A DNA stretch of 64,000 nt. It comes from Flavobacteriales bacterium (lineage in GTDB: Bacteria > Bacteroidota > Bacteroidia > Flavobacteriales > BACL11). Location of the stretch: contig JABGSE010000077.1 in NCBI GenBank assembly GCA_018647945.1, positions 1,751 through 65,750 on the forward strand, written 5' to 3'. Within the stretch, counting starts at the first letter, position 1, and each line of letters starts with the position of its first letter. Positions 19,026 to 29,049 of this stretch are shown here, one piece after another. The position numbers and the translations under genes were made by a program. The notes under the pieces were generated by a model. That model saw only the letters and a program-made list of their open reading frames with translations, had not been told where the DNA came from and did no database searches.

Positions 19026-19529
19026 TTTTCTTCCAATTGTAGAAAATTCTTCTGAAAAAATATCTAATCTTTCGAGTAAATCTGTATTTGTAACTTTATC
19101 ATCTGTAAAATCTTTTCCAGTAGCATATACAATTCTTGGCATCTGAATCATTCTCCATTCATTCATGCAAATTTGTGTTAAATGCATAGTGGAAAGGTAA
19201 CTTCTTTCTCCTCCGGCAGCACAAATAATTCCAAAAAATTTTCCTTCCGCTTTCCCAAAACATCTATCTAAAATAATTTTTAGTCCATCATTTACACTGT
19301 AGCAATGTATTCCCATTCCAATTATTATATTGTCAACATTTTCTACTTTTTTAGATAGTAAATTCATGGATTCGGTTGGTCCTACATGACAAGGTAAAAG
19401 TTCCATTTTTCTAGCATCTACAAATTCTACATTTATACCTTTTTCAGATAATCTGTTGGAAATTTCTGTGCACAAAATAAATGATCTGGAATTTGTTGAG
19501 AGTGAACTCGATATAATAAGTGTATTCAT
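19014..19529 (-). CDS. NAD(P)H-dependent FMN reductase-like flavodoxin-fold protein
   Basis: SSSLSTNSRS phosphate loop, LKIILD, AAGGERSY, PRIVYA. Confidence 0.7.
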   Translation of the reverse strand: MNTLIISSSLSTNSRSFILCTEISNRLSEKGINVEFVDARKMELLPCHVGPTESMNLLSKKVENVDNIIIGMGIHCYSVNDGLKIILDRCFGKAEGKFFGIICAAGGERSYLSTMHLTQICMNEWRMIQMPRIVYATGKDFTDDKVTNTDLLERLDIFSEEFSTIGRKLIS

Positions 19530-19533
19530 TTTT

Positions 19534-21717
19534 TTAATTTCCTACTTCTGAGATAAACTGTATTCTAGCAATTCTTATTTCTTCATCCGAAAATTCATCT
19601 TCTCCATATTCATCTCTTGTTTCTTCCAACGAAAAATTTTCGGACACTTTAAAGAACTCAAAAAGTTCTTCTTGTTCATAGTCGTCCATCATTTCATCCA
19701 GCATATATTGTAAATTTACTTTCGTACCAGATTCAACAATTGTTTCAATTTCTTTGATGAGTTCGTCAGATGTAAGTCCTTTTGCCCGAGCAATGTCCTC
19801 CACAGAAAGTTGCTTGTCCACACTTTGTATAATATAAACCTTATTTGCCGATTTGTTGGCAACAGTTCTGATTACCATATCAGATGGTCGTTCAATATTA
19901 TATTCTTTTACATATTTATCAATTACTACAGTAAAATAATCTCCATATTTTTTTGCTTTTCCCATTCCAACACCTTGTATTTGGCTCATTTCTTCAGTAG
20001 TAATTGGGTAGTTGTTGGCCATGTCAATTAAAGAGGATTCTTGAAAAATAATAGCTGGTGGAAGTTCAACTTCTTTAGATACTTCTTTTCTTAATTGTTT
20101 CAGTATCTTGAACAGAACATTGTCCATAGCTGCTCCTTTCTGTTCTCCGATAGAACTTGTTCCTAGTTTTTGATAATCATGGTCTTCAGTAATAATAAAA
20201 CTTTGAGGATTTTTTAGAAACTCTCTTCCTTTTTCGGTTAATTTTATTGTGCCGTAGGTTTCAATTTCTTTTGTAATTATTTCTTGTACATAAGTTTGTC
20301 TGATAACGGCATGCCAAAATTCAATATTTTTCTCTTTCCCTGATCCAAATACTTCTGTTATAGTGGCTATGTGTTGATTAATTAGAGCATTTCCGTCACC
20401 TATCATTATTCGGGCAACTTCTTTTGCTTTAAAAGTTTCTTTACTTACTTCTATAGCTTTTAATAGTTTACATACAAAATCTTTTCCTTCAAATGTAGGT
20501 TTCGGATTTTTACAATTGTCGCACATTTGATTACAGTCTGCACTTTCAAAATCTTCTCCAAAGTAATGAAGTAAATATTTTCTCCTGCACATTGCAGTTT
20601 CGGCAAATGAAATGGTTTCCATTATGAGTTGCCTTCCTATTTCCTGTTCGCTTACTGGTTTTCCACTTAGGAAATTTTCTAACTTTTCTATATCTTTATA
20701 GCTGTAAAAAGTGACCAATATTCCTTCTCCATCATCTCTTCCCGCTCTTCCAGTTTCTTGGTAATAACCTTCCAAACTTTTTGGGATATCGTGATGTATA
20801 ACAAAACGAATATCGGGTTTATCAATTCCCATTCCAAATGCAATTGTTGCAACAATTACATCACAATCTTCCATTAAAAATGCGTCCTGATGAATAACTC
20901 TCTTTTTTGATTCCAATCCTGCGTGATATGGAAGAGCGTTAATTCCGTTTACTTGTAGGGTTTCAGCAATTTCTTCTACTTTTTTTCTGCTCAAACAATA
21001 AACAATTCCCGATTTTCCGGGATGTTGTTTAATAAATTTAATCATTTCTTTTTCTACATCATGTTTTGGTCTGATGTCGTAAAATAAGTTTTTCCTATTA
21101 AATGAGTCTAAAAATAATTTTGCATCAATAACTTTTAGGTTTTTCCGAATATCTACCCGTACTTTTGGAGTTGCAGTTGCTGTTAAGGCGATTATAGGTC
21201 GTCTGCCAATATTGTCAATTATTTCTCTAATTCTACGGTATTCTGGTCGGAAATCATGTCCCCACTCCGAAATACAGTGTGCCTCATCAATTGCAAAAAA
21301 GGCAATTTTTATTCCCCTGAAAAACTCTATATATTCTTCTTTTGTTAAGGATTCTGGGGCGACATACAACATTTTTGTTTCTCCAGAAATAATATCCTCT
21401 TTTACAATATTTATTTGTGTTTTTGATAAAGATGAATTCAAAACATGGGCAATATTATCTTGTTCGCTAAAGGTTTTTATGGCATCAACTTGGTTTTTCA
21501 TTAATGCAATTAAAGGAGAAATCACAATTGTGAGTCCATCACTAATAAGAGCAGGTAGTTGATAACACATTGATTTTCCTCCTCCAGTTGGCATTATTAC
21601 TAATGTGTCTTTTCCTGCAAGCAAATTTTGAATAATTTGCTCTTGTCTTCCCTTAAAACTATTGAATCCAAATATTTTTTTAAGGTGTTTGTGTAATGTT
21701 GCTGAAGAAATACTCAT
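19534..21717 (-). CDS. recQ: ATP-dependent DNA helicase RecQ
   Basis: MPTGGGKS, DEAHCISEWGHDFRPEY, ATIAFGMGIDK, QETGRAGRD, Zn/RQC and HRDC domains. Confidence 0.97.
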   Translation of the reverse strand: MSISSATLHKHLKKIFGFNSFKGRQEQIIQNLLAGKDTLVIMPTGGGKSMCYQLPALISDGLTIVISPLIALMKNQVDAIKTFSEQDNIAHVLNSSLSKTQINIVKEDIISGETKMLYVAPESLTKEEYIEFFRGIKIAFFAIDEAHCISEWGHDFRPEYRRIREIIDNIGRRPIIALTATATPKVRVDIRKNLKVIDAKLFLDSFNRKNLFYDIRPKHDVEKEMIKFIKQHPGKSGIVYCLSRKKVEEIAETLQVNGINALPYHAGLESKKRVIHQDAFLMEDCDVIVATIAFGMGIDKPDIRFVIHHDIPKSLEGYYQETGRAGRDDGEGILVTFYSYKDIEKLENFLSGKPVSEQEIGRQLIMETISFAETAMCRRKYLLHYFGEDFESADCNQMCDNCKNPKPTFEGKDFVCKLLKAIEVSKETFKAKEVARIMIGDGNALINQHIATITEVFGSGKEKNIEFWHAVIRQTYVQEIITKEIETYGTIKLTEKGREFLKNPQSFIITEDHDYQKLGTSSIGEQKGAAMDNVLFKILKQLRKEVSKEVELPPAIIFQESSLIDMANNYPITTEEMSQIQGVGMGKAKKYGDYFTVVIDKYVKEYNIERPSDMVIRTVANKSANKVYIIQSVDKQLSVEDIARAKGLTSDELIKEIETIVESGTKVNLQYMLDEMMDDYEQEELFEFFKVSENFSLEETRDEYGEDEFSDEEIRIARIQFISEVGN

Positions 21718-21790
21718 CTTTTTATATTAATACATCTAAAAAATAATACTTTTGTAATGTTTTTATCAAACGAATATACGCATAAAATTA

Positions 21791-22753
21791 ATGTCTAATA
21801 ACAAAAATATTTTAAATATTGCAAAATCTGTCATTATTATTGAGAAAAATGCTATCTCTCAGTTGGAGAGCCAGTTAACTAATGATTTTGTAGAAGCTGT
21901 ACAACTTATTTTCTCCTCAAAGGGGAGAGTGATTGTAGCAGGAGTAGGGAAAAGCGCAAACATTGCAAATAAAATGGTCGCTACTTTTAATTCTACTGGG
22001 CAACCGGCTGTTTTTCTTCACGCTGCAGACGCTATTCATGGTGATTTAGGTAACATACAAAAAGATGATGTAGTAATTTGTATTTCCAAAAGTGGAAACA
22101 CAGAGGAAATAAAGTATTTACTGCCATTGATAAAAGATTTGGGAAATAAAATTATTTCAATTTGTGGTAATTCTAATTCGTATTTAGCAAAAGAATCAAA
22201 TTTATTTTTGGATAGTACAGTAGAAAAAGAGGCTTGTCCTAATAATTTGGCTCCTACATCTTCCACTACTGCACAATTGGTTTTGGGGGACGCTTTGGCA
22301 GTTTGTTTATTGAAATTAAATAATTTTTCAGATAATGATTTTGCTCGTTTTCATCCCGGTGGAAGTTTAGGAAAAAGGTTGTTTTTAAAGGTTTCAGATT
22401 TATTATCTGATTTTTCTAAACCTATTGTATCTCCAACTGACTCTATAAATTCGGTAATTGTGGAAATTTCCAACAAACGCTTGGGATCGACTGCAGTTTT
22501 AGAAAACAATAAACTTATTGGAATAATTACAGATGGGGATTTGAGGAGGATGTTGGAGAAAAACCAGAATATTAATGTTTTGCAGGCTTCGGATATAATG
22601 ACTGAAAATTCAAAAACTATTAATTCTACTACTTTAGCCTCAGATGCTTTATATATAATGGAACAAAATAATATTAGTCAACTTATTGTAATGAATGGAA
22701 ATATTTATTGTGGAATTGTTCATATTCATGATATTTTAAAAGAAGGAATTTAG
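21791..22753 (+). CDS. kdsD: KpsF/GutQ family arabinose-5-phosphate isomerase
   Basis: GVGKSA, AIHGDLG, EACPNNLAPTSST, FHPGGSLG, CBS pair; -7 element TACTTTTG at 21747-21754. Confidence 0.93.
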   Translation: MSNNKNILNIAKSVIIIEKNAISQLESQLTNDFVEAVQLIFSSKGRVIVAGVGKSANIANKMVATFNSTGQPAVFLHAADAIHGDLGNIQKDDVVICISKSGNTEEIKYLLPLIKDLGNKIISICGNSNSYLAKESNLFLDSTVEKEACPNNLAPTSSTTAQLVLGDALAVCLLKLNNFSDNDFARFHPGGSLGKRLFLKVSDLLSDFSKPIVSPTDSINSVIVEISNKRLGSTAVLENNKLIGIITDGDLRRMLEKNQNINVLQASDIMTENSKTINSTTLASDALYIMEQNNISQLIVMNGNIYCGIVHIHDILKEGI

Positions 22754-23560
22754 ATGGAGAAGAAGGAAAAGGAGATGTCTTTTTTGAACCATTTGGAAGT
22801 ATTGAGATGGCATTTGGTAAGATCTGCCGCTGCTATTATTATATTCGCAATTCTTGCATTTATTTATAAAGATTTTGTTTTTGATCAAATTTTACTTGCT
22901 CCGAAACATCCAGATTTTATTACATATCGATTTTTCTGTTCTCTTTCTGAAATGATGGGAATGGGAGATACTTTGTGTTTTGGAGATTCGGAGTGGACCT
23001 TAAATAGTTTTACAATGTCAGGACAGTTTTCAACTCATATTTTGACTTCCCTTTTTGCAGGTTTTGTAGTGGCTTTCCCTTATGTTTTTTGGGAAATATG
23101 GAGTTTTATAAAGCCAGCATTATATTCAAAGGAAACTAAAATTACTAGATGGGTTGTGTTTTTTACTTCCATATTATTTTCTGTTGGGGTTTTGTTTGGT
23201 TATTATTTGGTAGCTCCGCTTTCAATTAATTTTTTAGGATCGTATCAAGTAAGTGGACAAGTAGCAAATCAGATTGGTTTGAGCTCATTTATTTCAACAA
23301 TTACCACTATTAGTTTTGCGAATGGTGTAATTTTTGAACTTCCAATTATTGTTTATTTTCTTACTAAAATTGGATTGCTTACTCCAGAGTTTATGAAAAA
23401 ATACCGAAAACATTCCATGGTTTTAACTCTTGCTCTTGCGGCAATTATTACTCCGCCAGATGTTACAAGTCAGATTTTAGTTGCTTTGCCAATACTCATT
23501 TTATATGAATTAAGTATCAAAATCTCTGCGAGAGTTTTAAGAAAACAAGAAAAATCATGA
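22754..23560 (+). CDS. tatC: Twin-arginine translocase subunit C
   Basis: MSFLNHLEVLRWHL, FIKPALY, FELP, AAIITPPD. Confidence 0.96.
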   Translation: MEKKEKEMSFLNHLEVLRWHLVRSAAAIIIFAILAFIYKDFVFDQILLAPKHPDFITYRFFCSLSEMMGMGDTLCFGDSEWTLNSFTMSGQFSTHILTSLFAGFVVAFPYVFWEIWSFIKPALYSKETKITRWVVFFTSILFSVGVLFGYYLVAPLSINFLGSYQVSGQVANQIGLSSFISTITTISFANGVIFELPIIVYFLTKIGLLTPEFMKKYRKHSMVLTLALAAIITPPDVTSQILVALPILILYELSIKISARVLRKQEKS

Positions 23561-24279
23561 TATTAAAATCGGAAAATATAGTAAAGTTTTATGGAGATAA
23601 AAAGATTGTAAAAGGCGTTTCTGTTGAAGTGAAAAAAGGGGAAATTGTAGGTCTTTTAGGTCCAAATGGCGCTGGAAAAACAACTTCTTTTTACATGATT
23701 GTAGGACTTATAAAACCAAATGAGGGAAAAGTATTTTTAGATGGGGAGAATATTTCAAATCTTCCAATGTACAAAAGAGCTCAATTGGGTATTGGATATT
23801 TGGCTCAGGAATCTTCAATCTTCCAAAAAATGACAGTGGAAGATAATCTGCTTGCCGTTTTAGAAATGACGAAATTAAGTAAGGAAGAACAAAAACAAAA
23901 ATGTGAAACTTTACTAGATGAGTTTGGACTTCAGAAAATAAGAAAGAATATGGGAGGATTGCTTTCGGGAGGAGAGAGAAGAAGAACAGAGATAGCAAGA
24001 TGTTTGTCTACTAATCCAAGTTTTATTCTTTTAGATGAGCCATTTGCTGGGGTTGATCCAATTGCAGTAGAAGACATACAACAAATTGTATCTGATTTGA
24101 AAAAGAGAAATATTGGTATATTAATTACCGATCATAATGTGCACGAAACCCTTTCCATTACCGATAGAGCGTATTTGCTTTATGAAGGAAAAATCCTAAA
24201 ATCGGGAACATCAGAAGAACTTGTTTCTGATGAAATGGTAAGAAAATTATATCTCGGAAAAAATTTCGAGTTGAGGTAA
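23557..24279 (+). CDS. lptB: LPS export ABC transporter ATPase
   Basis: GPNGAGKTT, LSGGERRRTEIAR, LLDEPFAGVDPIAV, ITDHNV. Confidence 0.97.
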   Translation: MILKSENIVKFYGDKKIVKGVSVEVKKGEIVGLLGPNGAGKTTSFYMIVGLIKPNEGKVFLDGENISNLPMYKRAQLGIGYLAQESSIFQKMTVEDNLLAVLEMTKLSKEEQKQKCETLLDEFGLQKIRKNMGGLLSGGERRRTEIARCLSTNPSFILLDEPFAGVDPIAVEDIQQIVSDLKKRNIGILITDHNVHETLSITDRAYLLYEGKILKSGTSEELVSDEMVRKLYLGKNFELR

Positions 24280-24280
24280 A

Positions 24281-24532
24281 TTATGCTTCTTTTAAAGTAA
24301 ATTCAAATGCTTCCATAATCTGATTTGCTAGTAATTTAGTACAAGCCTCAGTTACTTTGGTATTTGCAGTATCTTTGTTTTCTGCATCAATTTCTAGTGT
24401 AATGTGTTTACCAATTCTTACATTCGTAATTTCAGAAAGTCCAACATTTCCCATACTTGCGCTTACGGCTTTTCCTTGTGGGTCCAACAAAGCTTGTAAT
24501 GGCATGATGTCTATTTCGGCTCTAAATTTCAT
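24281..24532 (-). CDS. purS: FGAM synthase subunit PurS
   Basis: LLDPQGKAV, VRIGKHI, KLLAN.IME. Confidence 0.93.
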   Translation of the reverse strand: MKFRAEIDIMPLQALLDPQGKAVSASMGNVGLSEITNVRIGKHITLEIDAENKDTANTKVTEACTKLLANQIMEAFEFTLKEA

Positions 24533-25236
24533 TTTATTAGATTATTTATGATTGATAAAAAGATATACAAAATTACAATAAAAGGAATTGCTACAAAATG
24601 AAAAACCAATAATAATATTACACAACTTATTAAGAATAGAATTCGGATGATGTTGAGTTGAGATTTTAAGTTTTCTCCTTTACTAATTTTCAGTGAAAAC
24701 AGTGGTATTTCGGCAACTAAAAGTAAGGATAAAATGACTGTAGTTCCAATTAATAATTCGGTACTTAACTTTACCCCATAATTTGCTTCAATAATTGGTA
24801 AGGATGCGATAAAAATAGCGGCAGCTGGAGTTGGTAAACCTATAAAAGATGAAGTTTGACTGCTATCAACATTAAACTTTGCTAATCGGATTGCAGAAAA
24901 AATAGGTATTAAAAAAGCTATTAATGCTATTGTTAACTCATATGATATTCCTAATTGATTTTCATTAGTCATTGATATTAATTGATACATGAGAATTCCT
25001 GGAACTACTCCGAAAGTAACCATGTCTGCCATACTGTCTAATTGTTTTCCTATTTCGGAACTAACCTTTAATAATCTCGCTACCAACCCATCAAAAAAGT
25101 CGAGTATCGCGCCATAAAAAATAAAGGCTCCCGCAAGTGCTAAATTCCCTTCTAATCCCAATACAATAGAGAGTAATCCGCAAGTCAGATTTCCTAAAGT
25201 GATTAGGTTTGGTATATTCTTTTTAATTCTTTCCAT
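24529..25236 (-). CDS. pssA: CDP-diacylglycerol-serine O-phosphatidyltransferase
   Basis: IPNLITLGNL, DFFDG.VAR...GKQLDSMADMVTFG, RLAKFN, FIGLPTP. Confidence 0.88.
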   Translation of the reverse strand: MERIKKNIPNLITLGNLTCGLLSIVLGLEGNLALAGAFIFYGAILDFFDGLVARLLKVSSEIGKQLDSMADMVTFGVVPGILMYQLISMTNENQLGISYELTIALIAFLIPIFSAIRLAKFNVDSSQTSSFIGLPTPAAAIFIASLPIIEANYGVKLSTELLIGTTVILSLLLVAEIPLFSLKISKGENLKSQLNIIRILFLISCVILLLVFHFVAIPFIVILYIFLSIINNLIK

Positions 25237-25290
25237 TATTTGCAATATTATGTTGAATTTTGTGTTTATTTGATGGACAAATATACAACA

Positions 25291-26349
25291 ATGCACTACA
25301 AACTTAAATATCTGTTTTTCTTTTTTGTTTTACTTTCTTTTACGGGAGTTTCTCAAACAAAATATAGTAATGAATTTTTACAGATTGGTGCTGGGGCTCG
25401 TTCCTTAAGTTTATCTAAAGCGGTGGTCGCTTCTTCTGCAAATTCTTCTTCTATTTATTGGAACCCTTCTTCCTTGGTTGATTTAACCCATACAGAAATG
25501 GAATTGATGCATGCTTCCTATTTTGCAGGAATAGCAAATTTCGATCAGTTTTCGTTTGCTAAAAAGGTAAATGAAACAGATGCTGTTGGTTTTATGATGT
25601 TGAGATTCGGCGTAGATGACATTATGAATACATCCAATTTGATTGACAATGAAGGAAATGTTGACTATAACAGAATTGAACTTTTTTCGGCAGCCGATTA
25701 CGCTTTTTTATTCTCTTATGCTAAAAAAGATGTGTTTAAAGGATTTGATGTTGGAGGAAACGCAAAAATAATATACAGACAAATTGGTGATTTTGCAAAA
25801 TCGTGGGGATTTGGTTTTGATCTTTCTACCCAAAAGCAATTTGGAAAATGGAAAGTAGCGGCTATTACACGTGATGCCACCTCAACTTTTAATTCTTGGA
25901 TGTTTAATATGGAGAAATTTGAGGAGGTGTACCTACAAACTGGAAATGAACTCCCAGAAAATTCTTCTGAACTTACTTTACCTTCTATTCAAACAGGAAT
26001 TGCAAGAAGTTTTACGATAAATAAAAATTTCTCTGCTCATTCAGAATTAGATTTGGATATTCATTTTGATGGAGAAAGAAATACATTGTACAGTGCAAAT
26101 ACAACAAGTGTTAATCCTCATTTTGGTGCAGAAATAAGATATAGAGATATCATTGATTTTCGTTTTGGGATAGGAGAATTCATCAGAGAAACAGATTTTA
26201 ATAACGAAAAATATGTTTCAGTGCAACCAAATATTGGTATTGGTTTTCATTTTGATAATATCAGAATTGATTACGCATTAACTAATTTGGGTGACCAATC
26301 TTCAGGGTTGTATTCTAATCTTTTTTCTTTAAGATATAGTTTAAAATAG
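25291..26349 (+). CDS. PorV/PorQ-family outer-membrane beta-barrel (PorV2-like T9SS component)
   Basis: Signal peptide, KYSNEFLQIGAGARSL, YWNP, amphipathic beta strands, final SNLFSLRY. Confidence 0.8.
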   Translation: MHYKLKYLFFFFVLLSFTGVSQTKYSNEFLQIGAGARSLSLSKAVVASSANSSSIYWNPSSLVDLTHTEMELMHASYFAGIANFDQFSFAKKVNETDAVGFMMLRFGVDDIMNTSNLIDNEGNVDYNRIELFSAADYAFLFSYAKKDVFKGFDVGGNAKIIYRQIGDFAKSWGFGFDLSTQKQFGKWKVAAITRDATSTFNSWMFNMEKFEEVYLQTGNELPENSSELTLPSIQTGIARSFTINKNFSAHSELDLDIHFDGERNTLYSANTTSVNPHFGAEIRYRDIIDFRFGIGEFIRETDFNNEKYVSVQPNIGIGFHFDNIRIDYALTNLGDQSSGLYSNLFSLRYSLK

Positions 26350-26350
26350 G

Positions 26351-27913
26351 ATGAGAAAAATACTTCTTTCTGTTTTAAGTGGGTTGATATTGGCTTTTTC
26401 TTGGCCAGAAACGGGAGTATTTCCACTCATATTTATTGCTTTTATTCCCCTGTTAATTTTGGAAAAGGAGATTTCAGAAAGTGGAGAAAAAACTTCTTGG
26501 AAAGTTTTTGGATATTCTTTTATTTCATTTTTCATTTTTAATATTATTACTACTTATTGGGTGTGGCACGCTACTGTTGCGGGGGCCTTTGCTGCTTTTG
26601 TTATAAATACTTTACTAATGAGTTTCGCTTTTGTATTGTTTCATAAAGTGAAAAATGTACTTGGAAATAAGAGGGGGTATTTTTCTTTAATCTTCCTTTG
26701 GATAAGTATGGAATATTTGCATTTACATTGGGAACTTGCCTGGCCATGGCTCACTTTAGGAAATGTTTTTGCAACTATTCCGGACATAGTACAATGGTAT
26801 GAATATACAGGAGTGTTGGGGGGTTCTTTATGGATATTAGGATTGAATATTCTATTATTTAAATGTTGGAATTCAGTAGAGAAAAAAAAGAAGAAATGGA
26901 TTCTTCCATCTTTTTTTATTGTTGTTCCTATATTGTTCTCTTTTTATAATGGACTGGAAATAAGAACCCTTCCACATATAACAGAAGAAATAGTAATTGT
27001 ACAGCCAAATGTAGATCCATATAAAGATAAGTTTAATAGAGATGCTCAAACACAGTTAGATGATTTTATAAATCTGGCAAAAGATAAGTTAACGCAAAAT
27101 TCCACTTTGTTAATTGGACCTGAAACTGCTTTACAAGAAGTTATTTGGGAAAGTAAAATAAGTCAAACTCAAAGTATTTCAAAACTTCAAAAATTACAAG
27201 TAGAGTTTCCTAAATTAAATATTCTTATTGGTTCTTCTACCTTTAAGTATTTGGGTAAAAATAAAGTAGAAAATTCCAGAAGGTTAAACAAAACAAATGA
27301 ATGGTACAATGCTTATAATTCTGCTATTTTTTTAGGAGTTGATTCTACTATTTCAATTTACCATAAAACAAAATTGGTTCCGGGTGTGGAACAAATTCCG
27401 TACTCTTTCCTCTTAAATGTAATTGCAGATTTCACAGTTGATTTGGGAGGTGCTTCCGGGAGTTTATCAAAGGATAATACCATTGAAAACTTCAAGTATA
27501 AAGAGGTAAATATTCTTCCTCTTATTTGTTACGAAAGTATTTTTGGAGATATGATAACAGGAAAGAATTCGAATATTATTACCATTATTACCAATGACGG
27601 TTGGTGGAAAAATACTTCAGGATACAAACAACATTTTCAATATGCCAGATTGCGAGCAATTGAACAAAGAAGGTCTGTGGTTCGCTCTGCCAATACAGGG
27701 ATTTCTGGAGTTATTTCTCCTTTTGGACAGGTGTTGGAGCAAACAAATTGGGAGAAAGAAATAGCTATAAATGTTAAAGTGCCTTTAAATGATAAAGCAA
27801 CTTTTTACAACAGATACGGAGATTATATTGGTCGTATTTTTTCTTTTGTTACAGTTTTATTACTTCTTTCTTCTTTTGTAAAAAAGAGACTAAAAAAAAT
27901 ACCAACTCCTTAG
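26351..27913 (+). CDS. lnt: Apolipoprotein N-acyltransferase
   Basis: WPWLTLG, VQPN, catalytic E (PETA), K (YHKTKLVP), C (ICYES), TNDGWW, RAIE, RSANTGIS. Confidence 0.95.
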   Translation: MRKILLSVLSGLILAFSWPETGVFPLIFIAFIPLLILEKEISESGEKTSWKVFGYSFISFFIFNIITTYWVWHATVAGAFAAFVINTLLMSFAFVLFHKVKNVLGNKRGYFSLIFLWISMEYLHLHWELAWPWLTLGNVFATIPDIVQWYEYTGVLGGSLWILGLNILLFKCWNSVEKKKKKWILPSFFIVVPILFSFYNGLEIRTLPHITEEIVIVQPNVDPYKDKFNRDAQTQLDDFINLAKDKLTQNSTLLIGPETALQEVIWESKISQTQSISKLQKLQVEFPKLNILIGSSTFKYLGKNKVENSRRLNKTNEWYNAYNSAIFLGVDSTISIYHKTKLVPGVEQIPYSFLLNVIADFTVDLGGASGSLSKDNTIENFKYKEVNILPLICYESIFGDMITGKNSNIITIITNDGWWKNTSGYKQHFQYARLRAIEQRRSVVRSANTGISGVISPFGQVLEQTNWEKEIAINVKVPLNDKATFYNRYGDYIGRIFSFVTVLLLLSSFVKKRLKKIPTP

Positions 27914-27925
27914 AAGTTGGTATTT
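27892..27925 (-). terminator. Intrinsic terminator for the 81-aa gene, overlapping the lnt 3' end
   Basis: Minus strand AAATACCAACTTC-TAA-GGAGTTGGTA followed by T8. Confidence 0.8.
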
Positions 27926-27947
27926 AAAATGTAAAGTTTATTTTCTT

Positions 27948-28193
27948 TTATTTTTCAGTTGATTCAATTTTGTCTTCAACAACTTCTGATGTGTCCGCAT
28001 CTACATCAGTACTGTCATTTGCTATTTCTTCTATTGCCTCTCCATCAACAACTGTTTCTTTTTCGGGTGGCGGTGGTGGAGGTGTTTTTTCTATTGAACA
28101 TTTTGTTTCACAACATTCGCAATTTTGAATTACAAGAAATCCTAAAGCTAATACGATTAAAACACCTGTAATAATTCCTGTTAAATTTTTCAT
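27948..28193 (-). CDS. Small membrane-anchored Cys-rich/poly-Pro/acidic hypothetical protein (81 aa)
   Basis: N-terminal TM, CECCETKC, P6, acidic tail; own -7-like TATATTAG (28222-28229) and own terminator. Confidence 0.75.
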   Translation of the reverse strand: MKNLTGIITGVLIVLALGFLVIQNCECCETKCSIEKTPPPPPPEKETVVDGEAIEEIANDSTDVDADTSEVVEDKIESTEK

Positions 28194-28240
28194 GTTTAAA
28201 TATTTAATTGGTTAGTGATGGCTAATATAGGTAAAATAAT

Positions 28241-29017
28241 TTATCTCAAATAATTGGGTATTTTGTAAACTGGAATTGGATTCATTTTATGTTGATTTTT
28301 TTTATTCAGAGTTCTATAAACATTCAAAATTTCTTTCTCTCTTTTAGTAAGAGAATTTTCATCTCCATTAAAATTCATTGCCCACTCCAATTCTGGATAA
28401 GAAGCTCCAATTTGTTCTTCATCTGTTTTGTCATCTCCCCAAAGTCCATCTGTTGGAGGAGCAAGTAAAATATCATTATTAATCCCTAATTTTTTGGAAA
28501 GCGTGTACACTTCCGTTTTTAATAAATCCGCAATAGGACTGATGTCTACCCCCCCATCACCATATTTAGTAAAGAATCCTATTCCGAAATCTTCTACTTT
28601 ATTTCCTGTTCCCACTACCAAATAATTATTTAGTTGTGCATAGTAGTATAGTGCTGTCATTCTGAATCGGGCCCTTACATTTACTAAGGGAAGTTCGTTG
28701 TTTTCTTGATGAGAATTTGGAAGTTTTGCAACAAAAGAATCGAAAACATGAGTAAGTTCAATTTCTCTATCACAAATATTTTCAAATTTTTTGTGCAGCC
28801 ATTTTATATGATTTCTCCCTCTTTCAACTTGCGTTTTATTCTGATGAATAGGCATTTCTAAACACAAAGTAGGGAGTCCAGTTTTTGCTGCGAGTGTTGA
28901 GGTAAGCGCAGAGTCAATTCCTCCAGAAATTCCTATAACAAAGCCATTTGCTCCCGATTTTTTTGCGTAATCGGAAAGCCAATTTACAATTTGTTGTATT
29001 ACTTCTTTTTCTTTCAT
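28241..29017 (-). CDS. nadE: NH3-dependent NAD+ synthetase
   Basis: GISGGIDSA, NVRARFRM, GTGNKVE, FTKYGDGGVD, PTDGLW; no glutaminase domain. Confidence 0.96.
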   Translation of the reverse strand: MKEKEVIQQIVNWLSDYAKKSGANGFVIGISGGIDSALTSTLAAKTGLPTLCLEMPIHQNKTQVERGRNHIKWLHKKFENICDREIELTHVFDSFVAKLPNSHQENNELPLVNVRARFRMTALYYYAQLNNYLVVGTGNKVEDFGIGFFTKYGDGGVDISPIADLLKTEVYTLSKKLGINNDILLAPPTDGLWGDDKTDEEQIGASYPELEWAMNFNGDENSLTKREKEILNVYRTLNKKNQHKMNPIPVYKIPNYLR

Positions 29018-29028
29018 TTTATAATTTA

Positions 29029-29044
29029 CAAATTTATACATTTG
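29029..29044. promoter_or_regulatory. Abutting divergent -7 elements CAAATTTA|TACATTTG (nadE / gldB)
   Basis: Two TAnnTTTG elements with zero spacing in a 32-bp gap. Confidence 0.65.
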
Positions 29045-29049
29045 CAGTC

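Noticed and set aside
27959-28171. + strand 70-aa ORF
   Set aside because: Antisense to the 81-aa gene, which has the promoter, terminator and sensible topology
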